The notes: a model not told the origin generated them from the letters alone. 64,000 nucleotides of DNA from an uncultured delta proteobacterium (GCA_963787125.1 CAWBBV010000007.1:512001-576000), one strand, 5' to 3'; shown: positions 1 to 11,096, counted from the first letter of the stretch. A program made the numbers and translations.

Positions 1-703
1 GTTTTTTATTCTGGCGATTCTCCCTGTTTCTCAGCTGATCCCTTTAGTAACAATTATGAACGACCGCTATCTATATTTCCCGCTAATAGGTTTTGCAGTA
101 CTGAGTGGAGTTGGCGCGGTCGCATTACGAGATCGACTGAGCCTTAAGGGTTCGCAGGGCGTTTTAATTCTACTCATTGGTGTGTTGACAGCTATTTCGT
201 TTCAGCGCGCAGGGGTCTGGAAAAACTCAAAAACTCTCTGGAGCGACGCTGTCGAAAAAGTGCCTGGAAAGTTTGAAGCCTGGGAAGGGCTGGGAGAGGC
301 GTACCACCAGATTGAGCCAATTTCTCTAAAGTCTGCTGAATATGCCTATTCAAGGGCTTTTACCATTTATTCTTCCGGGCCGAATAATCTCTTTAACCTT
401 GCCAGAGTAAAGATTGCACAAGGGGACGAGGCGCAAGGCTTAACTCTTTTACAAAGGCTGCTAAAGGTTAATTCTGAATATGTAGTGGGATGGGTTACCC
501 TTGGGGATATCTGGCTTGGTCGATCAGATTTCCGGCAGGCCGAGGCAGCTTACTTGCAGGCTGAGAAGCTGCAACCGGAGGCGATTGAGGTGAACATAAA
601 GCTCCTGGAGCTCTACAGCGCCACAAAAAATATTGGCAAGGCAGTTTTTTATGCAAAACAAGTTGAGCGTTTAAATGGCCAATCAAGGGAACTCAATCCT
701 TGA
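1..703 (+). CDS. TMTC-like membrane glycosyltransferase/TPR protein (5'-truncated by window)
   Basis: Frame open from base 2: ILPVSQLIPLVTIMNDRYLYFP, then 'VWKNSKTLW' and C-terminal TPR helices, as in the paralogues at 19531 and 56251. Confidence 0.75.
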   Translation, partial: FFILAILPVSQLIPLVTIMNDRYLYFPLIGFAVLSGVGAVALRDRLSLKGSQGVLILLIGVLTAISFQRAGVWKNSKTLWSDAVEKVPGKFEAWEGLGEAYHQIEPISLKSAEYAYSRAFTIYSSGPNNLFNLARVKIAQGDEAQGLTLLQRLLKVNSEYVVGWVTLGDIWLGRSDFRQAEAAYLQAEKLQPEAIEVNIKLLELYSATKNIGKAVFYAKQVERLNGQSRELNP

Positions 704-767
704 AAAAAGCCCGGATGGCAGTTAGAGTAGCTCCATGCGTACTATTCACTTTACTAGAGAGGAATAA

Positions 768-1505
768 ATGAAAACTCTGATAACCATTGCGATTCTGCTT
801 ATGACAGCTCTGCCGGTTTTTGCTGCGACAACAACTGATGTTGACGCGAAGAAGCCTCAACCGGTCAAACCGAAGAAAAAGGTTTCTGCATATGCGCCGA
901 TAAAGCTGAAAACAGAAGAGCAAAAAACTCTTTACGGTCTTGGTCTTGTGATAGCCAGGCAATTGGCAGTATTTGATCTTTCTCCCAAAGAACTGCAGAT
1001 AGTCAGGCAGGGTATTTACGACGGAGTCAAAGGACGGAAGCAGAAGGTTGACTTTGCTAAATACAGTAAAAAGTCCGTGGAGTTGGGAATTGCGCGTCGC
1101 GACGCTCTTGGCAAGAAGTTGATTGCCCGGACTCCGGATTTTATAGAATTGGCCTTAGCTGAAGAGGGCGCAGTCAAGAGCGCTACCGGAGTTATTTATC
1201 TCTCTTTACGTGAAGGCGATGGGGTAAGTCCGATCGATACTGATAAGGTTAAAATTCACCAAAGAGCGACACTCGTTGACGGTAGAGAAGTTGAAAACTC
1301 CTATAAACGAGGTGAACCTGACACCGGCGAGCTGAAAGAGTCACTGCCGTGCCTGGCCGAAGGGGTGAAATTGATGAAACCGGGAGGGAAGGCCAGAATT
1401 ATCTGCCCGCCTGAAACTGCCTTTGCCAAAGAGGGGTCAGGTGTGGTGCCGCCGGATGCTACGGTAATTTTTGAAGTGGAGTTGTTGGGGATAATCAAAC
1501 CGTGA
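768..1505 (+). CDS. FKBP-type peptidyl-prolyl cis-trans isomerase (FkpA/Mip-like), exported
   Basis: Signal peptide, LYGLG N-domain, 'EGVKLMKPGGKARIICPPETAF', 'ATVIFEVELL'; GAGG RBS. Confidence 0.9.
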   Translation: MKTLITIAILLMTALPVFAATTTDVDAKKPQPVKPKKKVSAYAPIKLKTEEQKTLYGLGLVIARQLAVFDLSPKELQIVRQGIYDGVKGRKQKVDFAKYSKKSVELGIARRDALGKKLIARTPDFIELALAEEGAVKSATGVIYLSLREGDGVSPIDTDKVKIHQRATLVDGREVENSYKRGEPDTGELKESLPCLAEGVKLMKPGGKARIICPPETAFAKEGSGVVPPDATVIFEVELLGIIKP

Positions 1506-1601
1506 TGTCCAACGCACTGAGCTGCAACTATTAAGGTGAATGGTCAAATCCGGGAAATTGAAATATTGCCTGCCGGATGATTCAGTTATTAAAAGGATGA
1601 A

Positions 1602-2546
1602 ATGCGCCGCTTAAAAAACCTCTTTAACCCAATTGTAACGCTGATAGTCGTTCAGGTTGTCTGGATCGGACTGGTTGTTCTCTGGATAATCTGGTTCCTG
1701 GGGCGTCACTATGAGCTCAGGAGATTTGCAGAGCAGTATCGTCCGGAGCTTGTGCCGACACATATAAACTGGCCGGTTTTGGCCGGCGGCATAATAATGC
1801 TTGCATTCGTTCTTTTGGGCTTATACGTAATTTTCATCTATTGGAAACGCCAGTCCCGGCTTTATGCAGAACAGAAAACCTTTATCGCGCAGATAACTCA
1901 TGAGCTTAAGTCACCCCTTGCCTCCATCCGCCTCCATCTCGAAACTATCCGGCTGCGCAAGCCAACAGCAGACAAGATGGAGCGGTTTCTGGATACGATG
2001 CTAGCCGATACTGAGCGGCTTAACACTCTTATAAGTAATTTCCTGATGGCGGCAAAACTAGAGCAGCGGCCAGTAGGTGCTGGTTTAACTACCGTCGATT
2101 TCAGCGCTTTTGTTGAGAAATTCATTCATGAGTTCGGGATGCATCTTCCTGATGGTAGCAGTTTGACGAGAGAGGTTGACGCAGGAATATTTGCAAAAGT
2201 TGATGTGGAAGGGATGGAAATGGTCCTTCGCAATCTACTGGAAAATGCATTCCTCTATAGCCCTGCAGCCCCTGAGGTCCATGTGGCGCTCAATAGAGGC
2301 GTGAAAAACTGCACGCTGACTGTTTCCGACAACGGTAGTGGAATTATTAGAAAAGAGCTTAAAAAAGTTTTCAAGATGTTCTACCGGGTCAGAAATGCCG
2401 GAGAGACTATCAGAGGAACTGGACTTGGCCTGTATATTGTCCAATCCATTATAGCCAGGCATAACGGCAAGATCAGGGCTGAAAGTGAAGGTGCTGGCAG
2501 AGGCTGCCACTTTATTATTACATTACCTACTGTTGAGGTTGGTTAA
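1602..2546 (+). CDS. Sensor histidine kinase
   Basis: Two TM helices, THELKSPL H-box, NLLENA, DNGSG, GTGLGL. Confidence 0.95.
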   Translation: MRRLKNLFNPIVTLIVVQVVWIGLVVLWIIWFLGRHYELRRFAEQYRPELVPTHINWPVLAGGIIMLAFVLLGLYVIFIYWKRQSRLYAEQKTFIAQITHELKSPLASIRLHLETIRLRKPTADKMERFLDTMLADTERLNTLISNFLMAAKLEQRPVGAGLTTVDFSAFVEKFIHEFGMHLPDGSSLTREVDAGIFAKVDVEGMEMVLRNLLENAFLYSPAAPEVHVALNRGVKNCTLTVSDNGSGIIRKELKKVFKMFYRVRNAGETIRGTGLGLYIVQSIIARHNGKIRAESEGAGRGCHFIITLPTVEVG

Positions 2547-3250
2547 TGGACAGACCCCATATTCTTCTGGTGGAAGACGAAATTCATCTGGCTCGCGGTA
2601 TCTGCTTCAATCTGGAGCAGGAAGATTGCCGTGTAAGCCATGTTGAAAGCGGCGAGGAGGCCCTTGATCGCCTGGTTTACGACAGATTCGCCTTGATTAT
2701 TCTGGACGTAATGCTGCCCGGTATGGATGGGTTTGAGCTCTGCCGCAAGGTGCGCGAATCAGACTCCAGAGTGCCGGTGCTTATGCTTACAGCCCGCTCG
2801 GAAGAGGGTGACCGGATTACCGGGCTTGCAAGTGGCGCTGATGATTACCTGACAAAGCCATTTAGTCTTAATGAGTTTTTGCTGCGAGTTAAAGGGATGC
2901 TGCGACGTTCAGCATGGTATCTTCCTGAGCCGATCGAAGAGGGTTACAGGTTCGGGGAGAACGAGGTTTATCTACTGTCTTACAGAGCAAGGACTGCCCA
3001 GGGTGAAATTGATCTTACCGACCTTGAAGTCAGGATGTTAACGCTTCTTTTCCAGAAAGAGGGTGAGGCTGTCAGTAGGGGTGAACTGCTCGAAAGGGTC
3101 TGGGGATACTCTTCTGATGTAGAAACACGGACCCTGGATAATTTTATCGTTCGTTTCAGGAAATACTTTGAACCGAATCCGGGTAGTCCTGAGTTTTTCC
3201 AGACGGTAAGAGGGGTAGGTTACAGGTTCTGCAGGAAAGGCGGGGGGTAA
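2546..3250 (+). CDS. OmpR-family response regulator
   Basis: REC (LLVEDE, LDVMLPGMDG, KPF) plus winged helix (TVRGVGY); TAATG coupling to the kinase. Confidence 0.95.
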   Translation: MDRPHILLVEDEIHLARGICFNLEQEDCRVSHVESGEEALDRLVYDRFALIILDVMLPGMDGFELCRKVRESDSRVPVLMLTARSEEGDRITGLASGADDYLTKPFSLNEFLLRVKGMLRRSAWYLPEPIEEGYRFGENEVYLLSYRARTAQGEIDLTDLEVRMLTLLFQKEGEAVSRGELLERVWGYSSDVETRTLDNFIVRFRKYFEPNPGSPEFFQTVRGVGYRFCRKGGG

Positions 3251-3285
3251 TAAAGAAGCCGGTGGTTGTCCCCCGGCTTCTTTAT
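3250..3285. terminator. Bidirectional intrinsic terminator between convergent regulator and metK
   Basis: ataaagaagccgg ... ccggcttctttat inverted repeat. Confidence 0.8.
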
Positions 3286-3302
3286 CTTAAAACTGATGCC
3301 GA

Positions 3303-4472
3303 CTAAAGTCCGGCTTTACCCCTGATGATATCAGCCTTGTCTTTTTTCTCCCAGGTAAATTCAGGAAGTTCCCTGCCGAAATGACCATATGCTGCTGTCA
3401 GTTTGTATATCGGTCTAAGCAGATCCAGCTGCTCTATGATCGCTCTTGGACGAAGGTCAAAAACATCACGGATAATCTGGGCAATTCTTGATTCGGCAAT
3501 CGTGCCGGTGCCGAAAGTGTTAACCATCACAGAAACAGGTTCTGCAACTCCGATTGCATAGGCAACTTGAACTTCACACTTTTCACATACCCCTGCAGCA
3601 ACAAGGTTTTTGGCAACGTAGCGTCCCATATACGCAGCAGAACGGTCGACTTTGGAAGGGTCTTTACCCGAGAATGCGCCGCCGCCGTGACGCCCTGCGC
3701 CGCCGTAAGTGTCAACAATGATTTTCCTTCCGGTAAGACCGCAGTCACCCATGGGGCCACCAACAACAAAACGACCAGTCGGGTTTATGAATATTTTTGT
3801 GTGTGCATCCATGAGATGCGCCGGGATGACTTTTTTCACAACAGCATCGATAATCCCTTCCTGGATGGTCTCGTGGGAGACGTCAGGGGTATGCTGAGAC
3901 GAAATGACCACTGTGTCAACATAGACCGGCTTGTCATTTTCATAACGAATGGATACCTGGGATTTTGAATCCGGGCGGAGAAAGTGGAGTTCGCCTGATT
4001 TTCTTACATCTGCCAATCGTTTTACCAGTTGGTGGGAGAGGAGTATCGGCATCGGCATCAGTTCAGGCGTTTCGTTACAGGCGTAACCAAACATAATCCC
4101 CTGGTCGCCTGCTCCCTGATCTTTGAACATCCCTTCACCTTCAGTGACTCCCATGGCGATATCAGGAGACTGTTTGTCGATGGAGGTGATGACAGCACAG
4201 GTCTCCCAGTCGAATCCCATTGCAGAGTCGTTATACCCGATTTCCCTAATGGTTTCTCTGACAATTGATGGCATGTCAGCATAGGCTGTCGTAGTTATCT
4301 CGCCGGCTATCACAGCCATGCCCGTTGTAACCAGGGTTTCGCAGGCAACCCGTGCTTTTGGGTCCTGGGCAATGATCGCGTCCAGAATGGCGTCTGAAAT
4401 CTGATCCGCGACTTTGTCAGGATGACCTTCCGAAACAGATTCTGAACTGAAGATATACTCTTTCTTCTCCAT
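3303..4472 (-). CDS. metK: S-adenosylmethionine synthetase
   Basis: [33 protein letters not shown]. Confidence 0.99.
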   Translation of the reverse strand: MEKKEYIFSSESVSEGHPDKVADQISDAILDAIIAQDPKARVACETLVTTGMAVIAGEITTTAYADMPSIVRETIREIGYNDSAMGFDWETCAVITSIDKQSPDIAMGVTEGEGMFKDQGAGDQGIMFGYACNETPELMPMPILLSHQLVKRLADVRKSGELHFLRPDSKSQVSIRYENDKPVYVDTVVISSQHTPDVSHETIQEGIIDAVVKKVIPAHLMDAHTKIFINPTGRFVVGGPMGDCGLTGRKIIVDTYGGAGRHGGGAFSGKDPSKVDRSAAYMGRYVAKNLVAAGVCEKCEVQVAYAIGVAEPVSVMVNTFGTGTIAESRIAQIIRDVFDLRPRAIIEQLDLLRPIYKLTAAYGHFGRELPEFTWEKKDKADIIRGKAGL

Positions 4473-4689
4473 TATTCTTATCTCCCCCTTAAATGCTGAG
4501 CACCTTTATCTAAAAGTTTGTTTTATAACTCTTTATCTCGGCACGGTCAAGAAATAACATTAATTTTAGTATACATTTCCATTAAAATTCCTTTGAAGAT
4601 TGACTCTTATTACAATTGTGATATATATGAGTGCAAATTAAATTAAGCTAGAATGGCCTTACTAGCCAGGACTACAAGGGAGGTTTTAC

Positions 4690-6117
4690 ATGAAAAAGAG
4701 TTTAGTCGCTTTAGCGGCTTTGACAGCAGTAGGGTTCTGTTCGTCAGCAGCTTTAGCCGAAAACAGGGAAGGTGCGGTTAATATTACCCCGGTGATCGGT
4801 GGTTATCATTTTGACGGTATTCAAGGAATTGATGCCAGTGTTCTGGTCGGTCTCAAGGCAGGATACAATCTGACCGACAGGATCGGACTTGAAGGTCTTT
4901 TCCACTATGTGAGGACTACAGAGTACGGACTTACAAAGGGCAACGGAGATAACCTTGACGTTTACAATTACAGGTTGGAAGCTCTTTATAGCATGTTCCC
5001 GAAAAGTAGTTTTGTTCCTCATCTGGCTGTAGGCTATGGCGGTATCAGATATTCTTCTAACACCGGTTACGGTTATTTTGATACCGGAGTTCTCAGCTAC
5101 GGTCTTGGCGCTAAATATTTCTTGAACGATACTATTGCCTTAAGAGGTGATTTACGTCAATTAGTTATAGACCGTGGGCCGACTGTATACAATTATGAAT
5201 ATACGCTCGGACTTAATTTTCAGTTTGGTGGTGTCAGTAAGGCGGCAAAACCTGTAGAAGTCGCGGCAGCCCCGAAAAAAGCTGCTGCAGCTCCAGCCCC
5301 AGCTCCTGCCCCAGCCCCTAAAGTGGTTGAGCCTGCTCCTAAAGTCGTTGAGCCTGTCCCTCCCGCACCTGTCGCAGTTGCTCCAAAGCAAGCCCCAGCT
5401 GTAGTGCCAGTTCCTGTCGTAGTACCGGCTCCAGCACCGACTGCAACACTGGCTGCGAATCCGGCATCCGTTGAGAAAAGCAGTTCGTCAACTCTTAACT
5501 GGAGCGCTCAAAACAGCTCAGAATGCAGCATCCTTCCCGGTATAGGCCCGGTTAAACCTGTTGGCAGCATGGTTGTATCTCCGGCAAACTCGACAACTTA
5601 CAAGCTTGCCTGTAAGGGCAATGGTGGCGTTGCTGAAAGCAGTGCAACTGTTAATGTTGTTCAGCCGCCTCTCGACAGCGACAACGATGGCGTTACTGAT
5701 GAATTCGACAAGTGTCCGAATACCCCTAAAGGCACCAAGGTAGACAAAGATGGGTGTCCTGTTATCGAGTGCAAGAGTGTAACTCTTAGTATTACATTTG
5801 AAACAAATAGTGCCGAGATTAAAGAGCGGCATCACGATGAGCTGAATATAGTTGCTGAAAAACTGGCTAAATTCCCGAAATCAACAACTGTCATTGAAGG
5901 GCATACCGACAATGTCGGTTCTGCCGGTGCGAATAAGAAGCTTTCCCAAAAGCGTGCTGATTCTGTCAAGAAGTATCTGGTCAGTGTCAAAGGTATAGAT
6001 GGAAAGCGTATAGCTGCTAAAGGTTTTGGCGATACCAAGCCGATTGATTCAAATAAGACAGAAGACGGTCGTAGAAACAATAGACGCGTTGAGGCTGTCT
6101 TTAGTTGTCCTGAGTAA
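4690..6117 (+). CDS. OmpA-family outer membrane protein (beta-barrel, Pro/Ala linker, Ig-like, TSP3-like, OmpA-C)
   Basis: Signal peptide, barrel strands, APAPAP linker, DSDNDGVTDEFDKCP, IEGHTD...NKKLSQKRA...NRRVE. Confidence 0.92.
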   Translation: MKKSLVALAALTAVGFCSSAALAENREGAVNITPVIGGYHFDGIQGIDASVLVGLKAGYNLTDRIGLEGLFHYVRTTEYGLTKGNGDNLDVYNYRLEALYSMFPKSSFVPHLAVGYGGIRYSSNTGYGYFDTGVLSYGLGAKYFLNDTIALRGDLRQLVIDRGPTVYNYEYTLGLNFQFGGVSKAAKPVEVAAAPKKAAAAPAPAPAPAPKVVEPAPKVVEPVPPAPVAVAPKQAPAVVPVPVVVPAPAPTATLAANPASVEKSSSSTLNWSAQNSSECSILPGIGPVKPVGSMVVSPANSTTYKLACKGNGGVAESSATVNVVQPPLDSDNDGVTDEFDKCPNTPKGTKVDKDGCPVIECKSVTLSITFETNSAEIKERHHDELNIVAEKLAKFPKSTTVIEGHTDNVGSAGANKKLSQKRADSVKKYLVSVKGIDGKRIAAKGFGDTKPIDSNKTEDGRRNNRRVEAVFSCPE

Positions 6118-6140
6118 TCGTTTCAGCGACATCATGTTTA

Positions 6141-6182
6141 CAACAGAAAAGGCGTACTGGAGACAGTACGCCTTTTCTGTTG
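6141..6182. terminator. Bidirectional terminator between ompA and ptsI
   Basis: Perfect 19-bp stem caacagaaaaggcgtactg / cagtacgccttttctgttg with GAGA loop. Confidence 0.85.
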
Positions 6183-6209
6183 CAGATCAGCTTGGGGTTT
6201 GTCAGTCAC

Positions 6210-7976
6210 TTAGTCAAAGCTTTCAGAAAAGTGTTCAGCAATCCCTGACTTGAGAATTACTTCGACAGCCTCGGCCGAGTCAGCAGCCATAACACTTTCG
6301 GTCAGAGTTCTTGCTTTAGTAATAGAGCACCTGCGTAAGATATTCTTTACTCGAGGAATTGATAAGGGGGACATGGAGAGCTCATCAAAACCGAGTCCCA
6401 AAAGGATAGGGAGATAAAGAGGGTCGCCAGCCATTTCTCCGCAGATGCAAGCCTCAATGCCTGCTGAATGTGCTGCCTCAACTACCATTTTAAGGGATCT
6501 GAGGATCGCAGGATTTAAAGGCTGATACAAATGGGAGAGATGCTCATTTGTTCTGTCTATTGCCAGAGAGTACTGAATTAGGTCGTTCGTCCCGATGCTG
6601 AAGAAATCAACCTCTTTTGCCAGTAGATCGGCAATCAGGACAGCAGAGGGGACTTCTATCATAATTCCAATCATAATGTTTTTATCAAACGGAATGCCTT
6701 CAGCGTCAAGATCAGCTTTGACCTCCCGAAGGATCTGCTTTACTTGTCTAATCTCTGATATTGCAGAAATCATCGGAAAAAACATTCTGACTTTTCCAAA
6801 GGCACTTGTTCTGAGAATGGCACGCAGCTGAGGTCTGAATGTCTCCGGATTGCGCAGAGAGAGCCTTACCGCACGCAGTCCAAGCGCCGGGTTAAGTTCG
6901 TCTTCCGCAAGATTAAGCCCCGCTACAAACTTATCGCCCCCAACGTCAAGAGTTCTTATGCTTACCGGATGAGGTGAAACTTTATTTACCATGCTCAGAT
7001 AGGTTTGAAACTGCTCTTCTTCACCTGGTAGATCGTCCCGATTCATAAAAAGCATCTCTGTTCTGTAAAGACCAACGCCTTCTCCGCCATGCTCCATGAG
7101 AGCCACAGTCTCTTCAGTAAACTCAAGGTTCCCTTTTAAGGCTATTTGATGACCGTCTACAGTTTCAGCCGGCAGGTAGCGGAGTTTTGCAAGCTCTCTG
7201 CTACAGTATTCATAGTATAATTTTCTGGCCAGGTAGTCTTTGAAAATGTCATTGGCGGGATTAATGACAACTGTACCGGTTGAACCGTCGATCATTATGT
7301 GATCGCCGCTAAGAATCAGAGCTGTCGCCGATTCAAGCCCGACTACAGCGGGAATTCCGAGAGCACGGGCGAGAATTGCAGCGTGAGATGTTTTGCCACC
7401 CAAGTCAGTTGCAAAACCGATTACTTTGTTTTTGTCTATCTGGAGGACATCAGCAGGTGAGAGGTCATGAGCTACTATGATGACTTGCCCGGTATGCTCG
7501 GTTATCGGTTCGTGCTGAACACCAATCATGCTGCGCAGTATCCGTTCGCCGACTATTTCTACGTCGCCACCTCTTTCGCGGAGGTATTCATCATCCATTG
7601 CCGCAAAATAATCCCTGAATTTTACTAATGTTCTTTTCAGAGATCCTTCAGCGTTGATATGGGCTGTTTCAATACAGCTTACAGTTTCAGCTGTGAGCAT
7701 GATATCTTCAAGGATCATCAGGTGCGTATCAAGGATGTAAAGGTGTTCAGCCCCTTTTTCTGCTTCAAGCTGTGCTTTAAGTTGCAGCAGGTCATCCTTT
7801 ACACTGTCAATTGCCCCAAGAAAACGTTTTATCTCAGTAGCGACAGCATCAGGGTGTATGGCTGCTTCCGAGACAATAATCTTTGAACGGTCTGCGACTT
7901 TGGCTATGCCGATTGCAACCCCAGGCGAGGCGGCAAGCCCTGATAACACAAGGTTATTATTCCTCTCCGAAACCAT
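6210..7976 (-). CDS. ptsI: Phosphoenolpyruvate-protein phosphotransferase (PTS enzyme I)
   Basis: GGKTSHAAILAR phospho-His motif, GLYRTE, DFFSIGTNDL. Confidence 0.97.
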   Translation of the reverse strand: MVSERNNNLVLSGLAASPGVAIGIAKVADRSKIIVSEAAIHPDAVATEIKRFLGAIDSVKDDLLQLKAQLEAEKGAEHLYILDTHLMILEDIMLTAETVSCIETAHINAEGSLKRTLVKFRDYFAAMDDEYLRERGGDVEIVGERILRSMIGVQHEPITEHTGQVIIVAHDLSPADVLQIDKNKVIGFATDLGGKTSHAAILARALGIPAVVGLESATALILSGDHIMIDGSTGTVVINPANDIFKDYLARKLYYEYCSRELAKLRYLPAETVDGHQIALKGNLEFTEETVALMEHGGEGVGLYRTEMLFMNRDDLPGEEEQFQTYLSMVNKVSPHPVSIRTLDVGGDKFVAGLNLAEDELNPALGLRAVRLSLRNPETFRPQLRAILRTSAFGKVRMFFPMISAISEIRQVKQILREVKADLDAEGIPFDKNIMIGIMIEVPSAVLIADLLAKEVDFFSIGTNDLIQYSLAIDRTNEHLSHLYQPLNPAILRSLKMVVEAAHSAGIEACICGEMAGDPLYLPILLGLGFDELSMSPLSIPRVKNILRRCSITKARTLTESVMAADSAEAVEVILKSGIAEHFSESFD

Positions 7977-8223
7977 TTTGTATTAAGTCTCCAAGTTTCT
8001 GAAATGCCTCGCCTTCATCAACGCCTTCAACTTTAAGGGCAATCTGTGTCCCTTTGGCTGCTGCCAACATCATGATGCCCATAATACTTTTGCCGTTAAC
8101 TTCAACGCCGTCTCTCAAAACTTTTATTTCTGATTTAAACTGACTTGCCGTTTTTACAAAAAGTGCTGAAGCTCTGGCATGAAGACCGAGTTTGTTAACT
8201 ATCGAAAAGTGTTGCTCAAGCAT
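7957..8223 (-). CDS. ptsH: Phosphocarrier protein HPr
   Basis: GLHARAS (His15), NGKSIMG (Ser46). Confidence 0.97.
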   Translation of the reverse strand: MLEQHFSIVNKLGLHARASALFVKTASQFKSEIKVLRDGVEVNGKSIMGIMMLAAAKGTQIALKVEGVDEGEAFQKLGDLIQNGFGEE

Positions 8224-8246
8224 ATATTAATTAACTCCTTACCACA

Positions 8247-8642
8247 TTACTTCTTAAGATAATCACCAGCGACGGTTACACCTTCTCTTCCGGTGTCGCG
8301 TATCTGGGCGGCAAGTTCAGCCACACCATAGCGTTCTCTATCGCCTGCAAACTTGATCAGCATTGGGAGGTTAACTCCGGTCAGCACCTCTATCCGGTTC
8401 TCTTTCAAGAATGACAGGCTCATATTGGACGGCGTTCCGCCGAACATATCTGTCATTATTATGACATCTTCCGCCGCGACAGCTGTGATCGCAGCAGTTA
8501 GCGCCGCACGAATTTCATCAACAGAGTCGGACGCCTGGATTGCAACAGCTGCTGCGCCATCAATAGTGCCTACTATCATTTCGGCAGCCCTTATAAGCTC
8601 TGCTGCCAAACTTGCATGTGCTACCACGACTAGTCCTGTCAT
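8247..8642 (-). CDS. PTS mannose/fructose-type IIA component
   Basis: VVAH, TDMFGGTPSN, TGVNLPML. Confidence 0.93.
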   Translation of the reverse strand: MTGLVVVAHASLAAELIRAAEMIVGTIDGAAAVAIQASDSVDEIRAALTAAITAVAAEDVIIMTDMFGGTPSNMSLSFLKENRIEVLTGVNLPMLIKFAGDRERYGVAELAAQIRDTGREGVTVAGDYLKK

Positions 8643-8645
8643 AAA

Positions 8646-9521
8646 TCAACCTTTCCCCATGTCTCTGTGTGTTACTTTAAGTGAAAGCTTTCTCTCGGAG
8701 AGAAATTTTCGTAATACTTCAATTATAAATACAGATCGGTGCCTGCCCCCTGTACAACCGACAGAAATTGTCAGATATGACTTTCCCTCTTTCTGGTAAC
8801 GAGGGATGAGGAAATCAATGAACCAGAGGAATCTGTCGAGGAACTCACTGGTATCCGGTTGCTCTGTGAGAAAAGTCTTTACACCGCTATCCATCCCAGT
8901 GAGCTGTTTGAGCTCTTGCACAAAGTATGGGTTGGGTAAAAAGCGGACATCCATGACGATATCAGATTCAAGTGGTACCCCGTATCTGAAGCCAAAAGAT
9001 TGAATGTGAAGGTTGAAAACCTTGGGTGTACCGGCACCCGAGATAATGCTGACGATCATATCTTTCAATTGATGTACATTCAGCTCTGAGGTGTCAATGA
9101 TAGAGGTTGCTATCTGTTTCAATCCGGCAAGATGTTCACGCTCAAATCTTATTCCGTCAAGAACAGAACCATTTTCAAGGGCGGGGTGTCTGCGCCGGGT
9201 CTCGGAAAATCTCCGGACAAGAACGTCATCGCTTGAATCAAGGAAAAGTATTTCAACTTTATGTCCAGCCTCACGCAGTTCCTTGAATATGTTTTCCCGC
9301 CCCTTAAAGAAATCCCTGGCGCGAATATCTATAACTATGGCGACATTTTTGATGCGTTCAGATGATTTCTCAGCTAGTTCGATAAAGACCTGAAGAAGCG
9401 TAAGTGGGAGGTTGTCGAGACAGAAAAAACCTTCATCCTCAAGGGCGTGGACAGCTGTTGATTTTCCAGATCCTGAAAGCCCGGTTATCGCGCAAATTCT
9501 AAGTTTACTCAACTTCATCAC
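8646..9521 (-). CDS. rapZ: RNase adapter RapZ (YvcJ family P-loop protein)
   Basis: GLSGSGKS, DNLP, DVRFLPNP, GCTGGRHRSV. Confidence 0.95.
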   Translation of the reverse strand: MMKLSKLRICAITGLSGSGKSTAVHALEDEGFFCLDNLPLTLLQVFIELAEKSSERIKNVAIVIDIRARDFFKGRENIFKELREAGHKVEILFLDSSDDVLVRRFSETRRRHPALENGSVLDGIRFEREHLAGLKQIATSIIDTSELNVHQLKDMIVSIISGAGTPKVFNLHIQSFGFRYGVPLESDIVMDVRFLPNPYFVQELKQLTGMDSGVKTFLTEQPDTSEFLDRFLWFIDFLIPRYQKEGKSYLTISVGCTGGRHRSVFIIEVLRKFLSERKLSLKVTHRDMGKG

Positions 9522-10464
9522 CTATGGGGCGTACATCCATCCGGGCAAGGAGCTTTTCCTGAAACTCTTTAGCTGAGTGATAACCCATCCCTTTTAGCAA
9601 AAAATTCCGGGCAGCAACTTCTATGATGGATGTTATGTTTCTGCCAGGACGGACAGGGATGCAAATGTATGGCAGATCCACTCCAAGGATCGAGTAAGTC
9701 TGGTCGTCGACTCCAAGTCGGTCGTATTCATGCTCAGGATCCCACTCTACAAGCTCAATCACTATATCAATGATCTTCTTCTCCCTTATGGAGGAGACAC
9801 CATAAAGATCTTTGATGTTAATAATGCCCAAACCCCTGATTTCAAGGTGATACTGGATCAATTCGCCAGCCTGTCCGACCAGAGACGCAGGAACTTTTTT
9901 CTTGATGTTTATAATATCATCTCCGACAAGACGATGTCCTCGGATAACAAGGTCAAGTGCACATTCACTCTTGCCGATACCGCTTTTACCGAGTAGAAGG
10001 ACTCCGACTCCGAGAACATCGACAAGCACACCATGGATGTGAGTTGTCGGCAGGAGCCGCTCTTCAAGGAACTTTGTTATGAGCGAAATAAATATGGAGG
10101 ATTGCAGTGATGTTCCCAGAAGTGGAATTTCTGCCTTTTCCGCCTCCTGTTTGAGACAGTCCGGAGGGTCGAGCCCTTTTGTGACTATAAAACAGGAGAT
10201 CGGAAAAGAGCAGAAACGGATAATATTTGCAGACGCTTGTTCCTCAGACATCTTCATGAGGTACGATATTTCGGTGTTCCCCAGTACCTGAAGGCGATCA
10301 GGGTGAAGATGTTCGGTGTAACCGGTCAGGGCAAGCCCCGGTTTTTGTATGCGTGCACTGTAAAGGCGGTGCGACAGGCCAGCCTCACCTGCAAACAGTG
10401 AGAGGTCAAGCCCGTACTCTTTGTCATGCAACAAGTCACTAATTGTGAGGCTGGTTCTGTTCAA
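9505..10464 (-). CDS. hprK: HPr kinase/phosphorylase
   Basis: HGVLVDV, GKSGIGKSE, LVGDD, LEIRGLGIINI. Confidence 0.97.
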   Translation of the reverse strand: MNRTSLTISDLLHDKEYGLDLSLFAGEAGLSHRLYSARIQKPGLALTGYTEHLHPDRLQVLGNTEISYLMKMSEEQASANIIRFCSFPISCFIVTKGLDPPDCLKQEAEKAEIPLLGTSLQSSIFISLITKFLEERLLPTTHIHGVLVDVLGVGVLLLGKSGIGKSECALDLVIRGHRLVGDDIINIKKKVPASLVGQAGELIQYHLEIRGLGIINIKDLYGVSSIREKKIIDIVIELVEWDPEHEYDRLGVDDQTYSILGVDLPYICIPVRPGRNITSIIEVAARNFLLKGMGYHSAKEFQEKLLARMDVRPIGDEVE

Positions 10465-10550
10465 ATTCCCCTCATATCTTCAAGTGGAGTTTCCATCAAT
10501 ACAACAGCCTCAAGTAAAATAACCGTGAGCCTTTAGATGGTTCCTTTTTT

Positions 10551-11096
10551 TCAGGCTCTTGGCGGCTCAATAAGTCCGTAGTTACCGTCTTTCCGGCGAT
10601 AGAGGACATTGATGTTCTCTGTGGCAGCGTCGGTAAAAACCAGAAACTCCTTGTGCATCAGGTCCATTTGCATGACGGCTTCATCGACAAACATCGGCTT
10701 GATCGAGATAGGCTCGGAGCGGATAACTACCGGTGGCTGTTGCTGATCCAGGCTTTCAGCTTGAACGATAGTCTTGAGTCCTTCACGGGTACGGATGTCT
10801 GCTGAAGGTTTATGTCCTTTGAGTCTTTCTTTGTAGCGTCTCAGTTGACGCTCGATTTTATCAACGACAGCGTCAATCGACGCATACATATCGTTAGTGG
10901 CCTCAGAAGCCTTGATGGTAATACCTTTGGCCGTCAACGTTATCTCAACAATGTGGCGTATCTTTTCAACTGTCATATAAGTTTGTGCGACAACAGGCTC
11001 GTCAATGTATTTCTTTACCCGGTCAAGTTTCTCTTCCACATAGCTCTTTAATGCATCACTTTGTTCCATGTGTCTAAATGTAGTTGTAATCTGCAT
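10551..11096 (-). CDS. hpf: Ribosome hibernation promoting factor (long HPF)
   Basis: DMYASIDAVVDKIERQLRRYK plus C-terminal 'DEAVMQM...YRRKDGNYGLI'. Confidence 0.95.
   Translation of the reverse strand: MQITTTFRHMEQSDALKSYVEEKLDRVKKYIDEPVVAQTYMTVEKIRHIVEITLTAKGITIKASEATNDMYASIDAVVDKIERQLRRYKERLKGHKPSADIRTREGLKTIVQAESLDQQQPPVVIRSEPISIKPMFVDEAVMQMDLMHKEFLVFTDAATENINVLYRRKDGNYGLIEPPRA

Noticed and set aside
4473..4689. SAM riboswitch upstream of metK
   Set aside because: Short AT-rich divergent promoter region with no S-box features
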